Shown piece by piece: positions 1 through 10,373 of a stretch of 64,000 nucleotides of DNA. Position numbers and translations under genes: made by a program. The stretch is taken from the NCBI GenBank assembly GCA_963726245.1, contig CAVSBT010000027.1, positions 1-64,000 of the forward strand, written 5' to 3'. The stretch is from an uncultured Chloroflexia bacterium. Lineage in GTDB: Bacteria; Chloroflexota; Dehalococcoidia; DSTF01; JALHUB01. Below the pieces are notes generated by a model that worked only from the letters and a program-made list of their open reading frames with translations, searched no databases and was not told the origin of the DNA. Each line of letters starts with the position of its first letter. The stretch's first letter is position 1.

Positions 1-694
1 CCCAGCCACCAGCGTTCACCAGTGGCCTTGAACCTGCGGCCGGCTGCCAGCGTCTTCGAGCGCATTGCGGCAGCGGGGGCAGACGGGTATACTTCACGCC
101 GCCAGGAAGCGGCTTCTTCGGGGTCGCCGGAACACGCGCTTAAGGCGTGGTCACCCGTGGGGCTGCGGCCACAGAAGGTGCAAGCAGGCATCCCGTAATA
201 GACCCCCAAGTCTACCCGTTATCAGAGTAGAGGCCACGCACCCCAACCTGCGAACGATTGTAGCGCATACCGGGGTTAGCGCGGCCCCTCTTTCTCTGTG
301 ATGCGACGCGGTCGATACTTCCTCGCCGGGCTTTCTGGGTGTGGATGCGGGTGTCCCGCCTGGCGGGGGGCGGCAATCCCGTCACTCCGCCCTGGAGGCC
401 CGGCCCACTGCTGCCGCAAGAAAGAGGAGCACCCTTGAGCTGGTGGCTGGGGTGCTCAAGGGCGCGCGAGCGAGAGGACTGTGTGTGCTGGTGGCGGGGA
501 TGCATCCTCTCACCATAATATAGCTTCGGCCATAGCACGGGCTTTCCGTAGTCCCTCGGGATAGCGCAGAAGCAAACGCGAGGTTGAGACCACAAGGGGG
601 CGGTCGCGGAGGCCGCCCCTTGCCTCTTCTGCCTGGGGGATCTGGAGGCCGCGAAGCCCCACACTATCCGTGAATGGTGTTGAGAAATCCCCAG

Positions 695-1102
695 CTACGA
701 TCCTTTTGGCGATTGCTCCGCCAGTGAATCTATCTGCTTGACCATCTTGTTTTCGATTTCAAGGTTCCAGAGCGTCTCCGGAACGTCGACAAGGATAAAT
801 AGTTCCGATACGAGGAGGGCTTCCACCGCGGTTACTCCTAGGTGTTCTAGCCATTTCCCGATCCCAACTCTGACGGTGAAGTTGTTAGGTTCACCGTCGA
901 TCAGGATCGTAAATGCTCTGTCGGCGGCAATCACGGCACTTAGGAAGCCGCCTTTCCGTGCCTGGATAACTGTCCCGTGAGGGCTTGGCGTCGAAGACTG
1001 AACCTTGAAACCGTCACCTTCGAGGTATTGTTCTATCTTCGCCTTCAGGGCGTCCAAGTCGGTGTTCTTGCCTTCGTAGTGCCGAACCTTTTCTCCAATC
1101 AT
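695..1102 (-). CDS. conserved hypothetical protein (135 aa)
   Basis: ATG at 1102 preceded by GAAGGAGGAG RBS; globular, protein-like sequence MIGEKVRHYEGK...WNLEIENK. Confidence 0.75.
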   Translation of the reverse strand: MIGEKVRHYEGKNTDLDALKAKIEQYLEGDGFKVQSSTPSPHGTVIQARKGGFLSAVIAADRAFTILIDGEPNNFTVRVGIGKWLEHLGVTAVEALLVSELFILVDVPETLWNLEIENKMVKQIDSLAEQSPKGS

Positions 1103-1362
1103 GGCTCCTCCTTCTGCTAGCATAGCAGCTAGCCTGGCGGTCAAGCACGATCCCGTTTGGATGGGGCTTGCGCTGCAGCCGTCCCTGGCGGCTTCAGGAT
1201 CGGTTACGAGGCCGGTGGTGCTCACTGCACCGCTGGCCTGCTTGTCTGTCGCGGCGACTCTACGCCTCTCCCCCTACCCCGTCAATCGTGTCAGCACCGC
1301 GCCGTTGACGCGTGGGTGTAGAATACGCCTGTTTCTGCCAGTACTGCCCCAGTAGGTGCACC

Positions 1363-2601
1363 ATGAAGCGACTCAGCATTGTGGCGGTAGGACTTGCCCT
1401 GGTGGTCTACAGCAGTCCACTCGTTCAGGCCCAGCAGGTCGCCACCATAACACTTCCAGCCCCTGGCTCTACCAAGACCCTCTACGAGGGCTGCAACAAC
1501 ATCGCGCTCACCTTCCCCGATCGGACAACGGTCGGGCACCCCCACCCCGGTTCGACGGACAAAGGCGTGGTCGACGCCATTGAGCCGCCCAGCGCCCTTC
1601 AGTCCATCTGGCGTTATGACGCTGCCCTGAAACAATTCCTTGGTTTCTCCGCTGCCGCGCCGCAAGCCAGCGACCTGTTGACGGTGAACTTCCTCGACGC
1701 GGTATGAATCTGTGTTGCCGCAGCGTTGCCCACGGCCCCGACTTCGCCGCCCGCCACACCCACCGCGACGTCCGTGCCTAGTCCCGCGCCCACTCCCATC
1801 GACACGTCGCCCTTGAAAGTGGTACCGCCAGAGATCGGGCAAGGCCAGACGACGACAGTCGAGGTCGCCGGCCAGGGCGCGGCCAGCGCCGTAGCCTTCT
1901 CTGACAACGTGCACTATCCGCTGGTGGCGCACGGGGGCGACTTCTGGGGCGTCATCGCGGCTGCGGGGGACGCGGTGGTCGGCGTCCACGACATCACAGT
2001 GCAACTCCTCGATGACAACGACAACGTCATGTCGGAGATGGCGACGCAAATGACCGTGGACGACATAGGCTATCCGGTCGAGAACATCGACCTTCCGCCT
2101 GCGGTGAACAACTCGCTTGATCCGGCGCTGATCCAGCAGGAAGAAGACGCGCGCGCGGCAACGTTCTCGCAGTTCACGGCGCAGAAGCTCTGGCTGGGGC
2201 AGTTCATCTGGCCCATTCAGCCGGTCGTGGTCACTAGTCCCTATGGCATCCGTCGCAGCTATAACGGGGGACCGGTGAGCAGCTTCCACGGCGGCATCGA
2301 CCTGGCGGCCGACGAGGGCGCGCCGGTCGTGGCGGCGAACAGCGGACGGGTAGCGTGGGTGGGGACAAGGCCCGATTACGGCAATACCGTCCTCATCGAT
2401 CACGGTGACGGCGTGTTCAGCGGGTACAGCCACCTCTCAGCCATCGCCGTCCAGGCGGGGCAGATGGTGAACATAGGCGACCTCGTGGGTAACGTGGGCA
2501 GCACGGGACTGGCCACTGGGCCGCACCTGCACTGGGAGATCGACGTCTGCGGCGTGCCTGTTGACCCGACGCCCTGGACCCTACAGTCGATGGGGCCTTA
2601 G
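1363..2601 (+). CDS. secreted M23 family metallopeptidase with N-terminal unnamed domain; in-frame TGA at 1705-1707
   Basis: Signal peptide MKRLSIVAVGLAL; ORFs 1312-1707 and 1726-2601 are in the same frame; Pro/Thr linker; M23 motifs HGGIDL and GPHLHWEI. Confidence 0.85.
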
Positions 2602-2740
2602 GTGCCCAGCCGAACCCGCCCTGGAACGCCGGCCCGCCTAACGGCGCTGTCAACATGGCGGATGTGGATAGCGGCGCTGGCCCAGGTGAACCCTGGCCTG
2701 CACCGGGCCGTAGGCACCGCTGGCCTACGCTCTGAGCACC

Positions 2741-2777
2741 GAGGGGCGGTTGCGAAGGCCGCCCCTCCTCTTTTGCC
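2741..2777 (+). terminator. intrinsic terminator-like hairpin (related copy at 594-633)
   Basis: GAGGGGCGG-ttgcgaagg-CCGCCCCTC followed by CTCTTTT. Confidence 0.55.
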
Positions 2778-2921
2778 CGAAGGGTTTGTAGAGAGGGAGA
2801 GATCCCACGCCATCCGTTGATCATCCGTGGCTATGCCCGCGGCAGGGCGGCGTGCCGGACCCGGCGCTACGTCCGGCCGTCGGGCGGCGAAACCCATGGA
2901 GAGCAAATCGCCAACTTCGGC

Positions 2922-3212
2922 TCACCGTGTCCGACGGCTGCCCTTGGGCACGTAGTCAAAGAAGCGTTCCGTGGTGTCCCCCGAGGTCCAGGCTGCCCGC
3001 AGGCGGGTACGCCGCTCCACCCTGCGCAGGGCAGAAAGCAGCATCCGGTTGAGGTCCCTGGCGCTGTCGCCCGCCACGGTTCCTTCGACGTGCCAGCCAT
3101 CCTCGGTCGCGGTCACGCTGCCGTCGACGAGCTTCTCGAGCACCGGCCGCAGGCCCGTGGGGTTGTCGCTGCTGACGTCGGCGACCAGCCGGAACTGGCG
3201 CGCATCGCCCAT
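2922..3212 (-). CDS. small hypothetical protein
   Basis: GGAGGG RBS; protein-like ORF ...SARDLNRMLLSALRRVERRTRLRAAWT...FFDYVPKG. Confidence 0.7.
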   Translation of the reverse strand: MGDARQFRLVADVSSDNPTGLRPVLEKLVDGSVTATEDGWHVEGTVAGDSARDLNRMLLSALRRVERRTRLRAAWTSGDTTERFFDYVPKGSRRTR

Positions 3213-3453
3213 CGTCACACCCTCCGTTGGACAATGCCCAACCAGGAGTCGAAGCGCATAACGCTCACTCCTGTATCCACGCTGCTCGAAGTAAGCGGAT
3301 CGCCGTCGGGCCCCTCACTGCCCAATCTTGTCGCTGTACTGGCAGATCGCATCATGAGCTTGCGACGGCGCGCTGCAGGCCACCTCAGCCGCCGCCTGCT
3401 AACGTGCCACGCGCCTGCCAACACCGGCATGGCGCCGCCAGGCACCGCATGGT

Positions 3454-3945
3454 CTAGACTAACGGGCGCGTGAAGATGCCGGGCGCGTTCGTGCAGACAA
3501 AGACTACGTCCAGGCGGTTCATCGCCGTTAGGTCACTCACTTCAGGAAACTGCGGGGAGTACCCTAGCCAGAGACCAGCCTCAAACGCCCAGAGCGCGAC
3601 GAGGCTCCCAGCCGGTGAGACGGCGCTATCAACGGTGCCGATGAGCGTACCATGTGCGCCGGTCCAGACCACAGGGCTGCACCCCGCAATGAGCGGAACC
3701 GTCTCGGTTGCGCCCGGAGACGGTGCTGATGTCGGCTGCGAGGCTTGCGTGGGTGTTGCAGTCGGAGCCCCGATACATGGGGTACTTGTGGGTGCCACGG
3801 TACCCGTGGCGGCCGCCGTCGGCGGCGCACCGCCGCCTCAAGCATAGACAGGGGCCACCGGGTTCACATGGCCAGTTCCAAGCATGCTGATTGCCGCCAT
3901 GAGGAACACACTAGTGAGCATAAGACTTAATGCGAGTCGAGCCAT
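3454..3945 (-). CDS. secreted Pro/Thr-rich protein with the same unnamed domain; in-frame TGA at 3838-3840
   Basis: Signal peptide MARLALSLMLTSVFLMAAISML; ORFs 3838-4029 and 3454-3798 are in frame (VYA*GGGAPP); C-terminal domain aligns with 1363-1720. Confidence 0.7.
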
Positions 3946-4126
3946 CGAGGCCACCCCCTTGTGGAATGGAGAGAAGAAGCATAGCACACTAAGAGTACAT
4001 GGTGCCCGGCGCCTTCCTTTGCACTCCACTACACAATATCTTCACAATAGCCAGCTATTCTCGTCCTCATGGGCACGGCCCGAGCTTGGTCGCGCAAGCC
4101 CGGTTTCCATTCCGCGAGGGCATGAC

Positions 4127-6283
4127 ATGTCCACAATCGCCGACGTCTCCGAGCGCCGGAGACTCGTCGCAAGAGCCGTCTCAATCTCGGCCAGGTCCTG
4201 GCATGTCGTAGGGCTAGCGGGCGTTGTGTTGCTCGCCTTCGGCTTGAATGCGTGGGGCCTGTCCAAGGCTGGGTACGGCAACACCTTCTACGCTGCGGCG
4301 GTCCGCTCGATGACGATGTCGTGGAAGAACTTCTTCTTCGGCGCATTTGATCCGGGCGGGTTCATCACTGTAGACAAGCCGCCGGTGTTTCTGTGGGTAG
4401 GGGCCCTCTCAGCCCGCATCTTCGGCTATTCGAGTTGGTCGATTCTCCTTCCCAGCGCTGTAGCGGGCGCGGCGAGCGTAGGGCTGCTGTGGCTGATCGT
4501 GCGTCGCTATTTCGGCCCGGCGGCAGCGACGATAGCAGGTCTGGTGCTGGCGCTGTCGCCGATCTCAGTAGCGGTCAACCGGTTGAACCTCCCCGAGCCG
4601 TTCTTGATCCTCGCCTTGATAGGGGCGGCGGGCGCGGTACTGAGGTCGCTTGAAAGCCGCCACTGGTGGGCCTGGACAGCGCTTGCGGGCTTTCTCGTGG
4701 GCGTCGCCTTCAACACGAAGATGCTGGACGCCTGGATACCGGGGCCAGCGCTTGTGCTTGCCCTGGTTGTCGCAGTGCCGGCCATATCGAGAACGTCTGC
4801 GAGACGGCTCCTCGGCCAGCTGGCGGTGCTCGGAGTGGTGACTCTCGTCGTTTCGGCCTCATGGATGCTTATCGTGGATGCATGGCCGGCCTCCAGCCGG
4901 CCCTATATCGGCGGCAGCACCGACAACACTGTGCTGAACCTGGCCCTGGGGTACAACGGCTTCAATCGGGTGGAGGGCCAGCTCAGCGGCGGGGGTCCCC
5001 AGCCAGGGTTCAACCCCGGCCAGGGGCAGCGCCCATCAGGCAGGATTGATGGTGGCCAGATACAGAGGCCCGACGGACAGCCTGGGCAACAGGATGGACT
5101 GAGCCCGCCGGGAGGTATCCAGCCTCCCAGCGGACAGGCTGGGCAGCCGGGAGGGCTGGGAGCGCCAGGGGGCGTTCAAGGGCCTGGCGGACAGGCCGCG
5201 CCCGGGAGAGGAGGCTTGACGGGAGCCTTCCGAGGCCCTGGGGGCATCATAGCGGGAATCCCCGGCCTTCTCAGGATGTTCGACAATGCGAACGGGGGCC
5301 AGATCGGCTGGCTGCTGCCGTTCGCGCTCGGTGGTGGGCTAGTCGCGCTCTGGTCCTGGCGGCGAGACTCCACGCGGCGCGCCTTCGCGGCACTGTTCCT
5401 GGGCTGGATCGCTCTTTATGGAGGGATCTACTCCTACGCGCAGGGCACCTACCATGCCTACTACACGTCGACGATGGCCCCTGGTGTCGCAGCCCTAGTC
5501 GGCGCTGGAAGCGTCACCGTAGCAAACGCCGTGCGACGCGACCGACGATGGTTGATCGTTGCTGTCGGGCTTGTCGGCGTCACCGTGTGGGCGCAGCTAG
5601 TGATAGCGGGGCGCACGCCTGACTTCTACGGCTGGGTTCGCCCCCTAACTGTGGCGACCGCCTTCGCTGGGGTTGCCATGGTGGTCGCCCTAGCGGTCCG
5701 GCGCCTCCCCGTAGCCAGCGGGCTAGCCCTGAGCGTCGCGGGGCTCCTGCTGTTACCCGCGGCGTGGTCGTGGAGCGCATTAGCGACCCCCTCTCTCAAT
5801 GCCACGTTGCCCCAGGCTGGGCCGCAACAGGGCGCATCCGGGCGGACGTTTGGCTCCCAAGCCTTCGACGACGGCACGCCTCAGCTCGCGGCGTGGCTTG
5901 AGTCGCACAACGGCGCGGACGCCACCTGGCAGCTGGTCGTTTCCAGCTCACAAGACGCTTCCACGCTAATCGCCGAGTACAGAGTGTCGGTGATGGCACT
6001 GGGTGGATTCATGGGCACGGACAATGCTATCACCGTTGCCAGATTCGCTGACCTCGTGTCAACCGGAGCTGTTCGCTATGTGCTGGTCGGGCAAGGCGGA
6101 GGGGGCTTTGGAAATGCGTTCGGTCGTGCATTCGGTCGTGCATTCGGAACGTCAGGGGCAAACGCCGTGATGTCGGCAGTTCAGAGCGCGTGCACCACCG
6201 TCAGCGACCCGCCTTCGAGCTATCAGGGCGTCCTCTACGACTGCGCGGGCGCTGGCGCCGCCATCCGCGCCGCGGGCAACTGA
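4127..6283 (+). CDS. GT-C fold glycosyltransferase (family 39 / PMT_2, ArnT/YkcB-like)
   Basis: Motifs YAAAVRSM, FFFGAFDPGGFITVDKPP, GFNTKML-like, RPYIGGS, YYT, MALGGFMG; many TM helices; Gly/Pro-rich loop. Confidence 0.9.
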   Translation: MSTIADVSERRRLVARAVSISARSWHVVGLAGVVLLAFGLNAWGLSKAGYGNTFYAAAVRSMTMSWKNFFFGAFDPGGFITVDKPPVFLWVGALSARIFGYSSWSILLPSAVAGAASVGLLWLIVRRYFGPAAATIAGLVLALSPISVAVNRLNLPEPFLILALIGAAGAVLRSLESRHWWAWTALAGFLVGVAFNTKMLDAWIPGPALVLALVVAVPAISRTSARRLLGQLAVLGVVTLVVSASWMLIVDAWPASSRPYIGGSTDNTVLNLALGYNGFNRVEGQLSGGGPQPGFNPGQGQRPSGRIDGGQIQRPDGQPGQQDGLSPPGGIQPPSGQAGQPGGLGAPGGVQGPGGQAAPGRGGLTGAFRGPGGIIAGIPGLLRMFDNANGGQIGWLLPFALGGGLVALWSWRRDSTRRAFAALFLGWIALYGGIYSYAQGTYHAYYTSTMAPGVAALVGAGSVTVANAVRRDRRWLIVAVGLVGVTVWAQLVIAGRTPDFYGWVRPLTVATAFAGVAMVVALAVRRLPVASGLALSVAGLLLLPAAWSWSALATPSLNATLPQAGPQQGASGRTFGSQAFDDGTPQLAAWLESHNGADATWQLVVSSSQDASTLIAEYRVSVMALGGFMGTDNAITVARFADLVSTGAVRYVLVGQGGGGFGNAFGRAFGRAFGTSGANAVMSAVQSACTTVSDPPSSYQGVLYDCAGAGAAIRAAGN

Positions 6284-6284
6284 T

Positions 6285-6821
6285 ATGTCGCGCTTACGAG
6301 CGGCTATCGCCAGCTCTACCCTCGCCCGATTCCTGCTCGTTGGAGGCGTTAGCTACGTCGTCAACCAGTTGCTGCTGATCGCACTCTACGACGGCGCGTT
6401 CGCTTCGCTGCCAAGAGGCGAGGAGATGCTGGCTGGCGCATTCGATTTGCCGCTGTTGCTCGCTTCCATAATCGCCGTCGAGGTCTCTATCCTCGTGCGG
6501 TTCGTCCTGAACGACCGGTGGACATTCCGAGATCGCCGCGGGAAACCGCTTGCAGCGCGCTTCTACCAGTCTAACTTCACGTCGTTCGCGAGTCCCCTCA
6601 TTTCTCTCGCGGCGGTCAACATCCTCACGCCTCACTTCGGGGTCAACTACCTGATCTCCAACTCGCTGGGAATCTTGTTGGGTCTCGCCTGGAACTGGTT
6701 GTGGAGCAGCCGCCTTGTCTGGGTAAGAGACCGGACGCCACCTCGAGGGAGCACTCTGGAAAGCGGGACTAGGCTATCAGAGCAGCTCATAGCTGAACCA
6801 GACGCCAGGCTCCGCACGTAG
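6285..6821 (+). CDS. GtrA family membrane protein
   Basis: RFLLVGG, FVLNDRWTF, WNWLWS motifs; directly follows the GT-C gene. Confidence 0.85.
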   Translation: MSRLRAAIASSTLARFLLVGGVSYVVNQLLLIALYDGAFASLPRGEEMLAGAFDLPLLLASIIAVEVSILVRFVLNDRWTFRDRRGKPLAARFYQSNFTSFASPLISLAAVNILTPHFGVNYLISNSLGILLGLAWNWLWSSRLVWVRDRTPPRGSTLESGTRLSEQLIAEPDARLRT

Positions 6822-6872
6822 CACACTAAGGCCAAATCGTGCGCGCCGACCCCTGCGACGGACCGCTGCGGG

Positions 6873-7142
6873 CTACTTCAGCCATCGCCTCCTGGCGTAC
6901 AAGGCAACCGTTGCCAGAAGCAGGGCACCGGCAACTGCCAGACCGGCCAGGGCGAGGGGACCAGCCCCTGAGGAGTCGGCCTTAGCAGCCACCGCCTCCG
7001 GCTCAACAGCAGGCAACTCCGCTATGCCACCCACGGCACCAGGACCACCGCGCCACGGCCTCGACGTCGTGGCCAGCGGCGTGTTGGCCTGATCGTTGAG
7101 GGCCTGCGCGCCAGCGAGCCGAAACCTCACTTCGGCCCTCAC
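6873..7142 (-). pseudogene. orphan C-terminal membrane anchor (VGGIAELP - TM - RRRW) of a lost surface protein
   Basis: VGGIAELP motif, hydrophobic helix, basic tail YARRRWLK; no plausible N-terminal domain. Confidence 0.55.
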
Positions 7143-7300
7143 TTGCGGTTCCGCAGCGTCTTGACGTGCTGGACAAAGTTCAACTGCTTGTTGCTGGTCG
7201 TGACCCAGAAGTCCTCGCGGACCACGGTCAGGTCCTCCCGCTCCTGCTCCCCCTCGGCGTTGACGATGAGGACACCGGACTTCCTGCCGAAGGGCGCGTC
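7139..7300 (-). pseudogene. hsdM: internal fragment of type I restriction-modification M subunit
   Basis: Unlisted frame reads PFGRKSGVLIVNAEGEQEREDLTVVREDFWVTTSNKQLNFVQHVKTL, matching the region after NPPF in one HsdM family (from recall). Confidence 0.65.
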
Positions 7301-8739
7301 AAGTCAGGTGCTTTCCCGCTTCCAACGCGGCGCCCTTGAACACGTTGCGGGCCATCATGTTCGGCTCCGGGACGCTGCGCGCTTGGAAGAGGTCACTCTG
7401 GAGACGCCTCGCCTCGGCGTTGTCGGGCTCTACCTTGCACACCCAGTCGACCAGGTGGCAGGCAAGCGGCAGGTCGCCGATGGTCTGAAGATCGCGGGCG
7501 CGGGCGATAAGCGCCGCGGCGCTGGTAAGCTTGACTATCTCCGCGGCCTGGCTGGCAGTGGCGGCAGCGAAAAAGTCGGCGGGGTTGCCGTCGTACCAGC
7601 CACCGTACAGGCGCCAGACGCCCTGAATGATGAACTTCGGGTGGCCGTAGATAGGCTGCAGATAGGGCTTGGCGGCGAGATCGGCGGGAGGCTCAACCTC
7701 GCGCAGGATCTGCTCCAGCCACTGTCCCTTGTTCATGCGTTCGACGACCTGATCATCGATTGAGCGCAGGTAGCGGGCGACATCGAGGCAGGCGGTCTGC
7801 ACGTTGTCCTCGCCCTCGATGACCGGCCCATGGCCGGGTAGCAGCAGCGCTGGCCGCTTTTCGGCGATGGCTTCCAGGCCTTCGGCCCAGCCTCGGGCGT
7901 AGCGCTGTACCTTCCAGGGGTTGCCGACGTTCGGGCAGGCCCAGATGAAGAAGTCCCCGACAACCGCGATCTTCCGGTCCGGCGCCCAGACCCAGGTGTG
8001 GTCGTCGGTCTCGCCCATACCATGGGTCAGCTCGAAGGTCTCGCCGCCGACCTCGACCGTCGTACGGTCACGGTAGGTGGTGTCGGGGTAGACGAAAACC
8101 GGCACGGGGGCAGGCGTGGACGGGTCCGGCGGCGTAACGCCCCATTGCTGAGCGTTGAGAAAGCGGATCCAGCCGGCCATGCGTTCGTATCGCTGGAAGC
8201 GGGGGATCGACGTTCTCATGGCTCACGATCGTCGGACGGTCATAGCCGCGCTCGCCGGCGTCTTTGAGGAAGTACTCGGTGCCACCTACGTGATCGACGT
8301 GGCCGTGAGTGTAGATGATAGTCCGGACGGGCAGATCGGTGCGCTTGCGCAGCTCTTCGACGATGGACGGACCGTTGCCCTGGAGGGACGTGTCGACGAT
8401 AACGATACCGTCGTCGGTGAGAAGGGCGGTCACGTTTCCGAAGTAAGGGAAGAAGATGGTGCCGGGAGCCACCTCCGCTATGGCCTGTGGATTGCCACCG
8501 AGGCTGACAATGGAGCTTGAGCCAGGCGGCGGCGTCCCGATAGGGCCGGGCGAGGCCGTCGCGGCGATGGCAGGCGCTGTAGCAACAGCGGTGACGCTCT
8601 TCGCCTCTTTCTCATCAGTGCACGCGCCGGCTAGCCCCAAACCGGCGACTCCAATCGCCGCGACGGCTCCGGTCTTGAGCAGTTTCCTGCGCGACATTTT
8701 CCCTCTGAGTAGACCGTTCCTCTTGTTTGGCGACACCAT
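7299..8739 (-). CDS. Tat-exported lipoprotein, alkyl sulfatase-like metallo-beta-lactamase (frameshift near 8215)
   Basis: SRRKLLK twin-arginine signal with LAGAC lipobox; THGHVDH, GETDDH, PNVGNPWKVQR, PGHG, YGGWYDGNP motifs split over ORFs 8068-8886 and 7299-8219. Confidence 0.85.
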
Positions 8740-9097
8740 CCCACGCGCTCCTCCCTTGTCGTCAGCCGTTCGCGGCTCTTCACCGAGATTTGCCATCTCA
8801 ACCTGATGACGCCCCAATGGGCCGCTCCCGACGAGCAGCACACTACACTCGGCTTCATAGCGCGTCAATTTTCTCCCTTCTGCCAACGAAAGGACTGTGC
8901 CGGTTTTGCCTGGCGGTGCCGCTTCTGTCGGTCAGCGCTGAGGCCGGTATGTTTGGAGGGCAGAGGGTCTTCAGCGCCTCGCCTCAACCCGCGGGATAGC
9001 ACACAAAGTGGGGATCGTGGGCGTCGGCAGCGGAACGTCAGTTCGTCCCTCTCTTCCGATTCCAATGACGACGCACCGGGTCCGGTCTGCCGTCAAC

Positions 9098-9781
9098 CGT
9101 CGCGTCGCCGTGTCCCTCGGGCCAGAGCACGGCACGGTGGGACCGGAGCAGGTCAAGGAGGCGGCAAAGGAAGCGCTCAAGGGGACGGGCTTCGACCTGC
9201 TGGTGGTCTGCGGCTTTGCCTTCGACGCCCACGCCGGGGAGACGGCGAAGGAGTTCTCGCCTGAGCCGTCGAAGGAGCCGGACAGCTTCGCCATAGCGGA
9301 GGAAACGCGGCAGTACGGCAAGCTGCCGGTGATGCTCGCCCGGATGAACCCTGACCTGTCAATGGGCGACGAGCTACTCAAGAAGACGGGCGCCGGCAAC
9401 CTGTTCATGGTCTTCGGCGAGCCCGACATCGACATCCAAACGACCAGCGACGGCAAGCTGATACTCGAAATCCACGGCGTCGACGTGTACGACCCAACGA
9501 CAGGGCAGGTGCGCTCCAGCTCCACCGACGACATCGCCTGCTGGTTCATCGACACCGCCTACAACGAGGAGAGCTTCTTCGTGCGCCACGCCTACTTCAC
9601 CGGTGCCGAGGAGCAATACGACAAGCTGAAGCGCGCCCTCCGCGCCGAGATCGACGAGGCCGCCTGGTCGTCGCTGTACTCAACGCGCAGCTTCCCCTTC
9701 GACCCGCCAGACACCGGGAAGATCGCCGTGAAGGTCATCAACCACTACGGTGACGAGGTGCTGAAGGTGTACGAGGTGTGA
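9098..9781 (+). pseudogene. C-terminal fragment of site-specific adenine DNA methyltransferase (type III Mod-like)
   Basis: GPEHGTV, ARMNPDL, LKKTGAGNLFMVFGEPD, GVDVYDP, WFIDTAYNEESFFVRHAYF, KIAVKVINHYGDE; catalytic N-terminal part absent. Confidence 0.8.
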
Positions 9782-9846
9782 GGTATGTCGGTGTCCGGCC
9801 CACGCGGATGTCAGACGTGGGGTACCTGTGAGGTCCCCGGCCCGCA

Positions 9847-10309
9847 TCAAGTGTGAGGAGAAGAACAGAGGTAGTCCCTGATCACCTTCCTCGCTTGCGC
9901 CATCGAGGAATAGCTTCGAACCGCCACTCCTGGCATTGAACTTATCATCTCTGACACGGCAGCCGCCTGTCCTCTCATCGTCTGGCACAGCACGAGGCTC
10001 CCCACTCGACATCTTTCGAGTTCCATCAACTGTCCCGAAGGAACCGTGACCTCGAAGATCGCCCTCGAGCATAGGCCCAGCAGGCGCGAGAGAAGTCGTG
10101 AATATCGGCACCACCACGGTCGAAATCCAGTGCAACCACCGCATCGAATCCCGCGCCTCGTATCGCCCTAGCGATGTCCTCAGCGTTGATGCCTCCCGCG
10201 CGGTAGTTTAGGCCGACGAAGCACCGCCGGGAACGGGGCACCCCGCAGCAACTCGGGCACTGACCTCTCTCGGCGCGGAACAGGCATTTCTTGTGACCCT
10301 CTTCGCCAT
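9847..10309 (-). CDS. Cys-rich N-terminus plus nucleoside 2-deoxyribosyltransferase-like domain (two frameshifts)
   Basis: Joined frames: CLFR..CPSCCG..CFVGLNY..IARAIRGAGFDAVVALDFD..IHDFS/RLLGLCSRAIFEVTVPSGQLMELER; GGGAG RBS before ATG at 10309. Confidence 0.55.
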
Positions 10310-10324
10310 TTTCTCCCGTTCGTG

Positions 10325-10356
10325 TTTGCCACCTGGCAAAGCGTGGGTGCTATCAT
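10325..10356. promoter_or_regulatory. perfect palindrome (candidate operator) plus extended -10 in divergent intergenic region
   Basis: TTTGCCA-CC-TGGCAAA at 10325-10340; TGCTATCAT at 10348-10356. Confidence 0.55.
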
Positions 10357-10373
10357 AGGTCGGGAGTTGCTGT

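Noticed and set aside
230-300. c-di-AMP (ydaO) riboswitch, suggested by GCTAACCCCG on the minus strand
   Set aside because: The other conserved ydaO segments are absent
1705-3840. Genome-wide TGA reassignment (genetic code 4 or 25)
   Set aside because: Many well-defined genes here end at TGA (for example 6283, 9781, 34985 and 42661)
6119-6147. 12-bp tandem repeat TTCGGTCGTGCA
   Set aside because: An in-frame low-complexity FGRA repeat in a Gly-rich tail, with no sign of function
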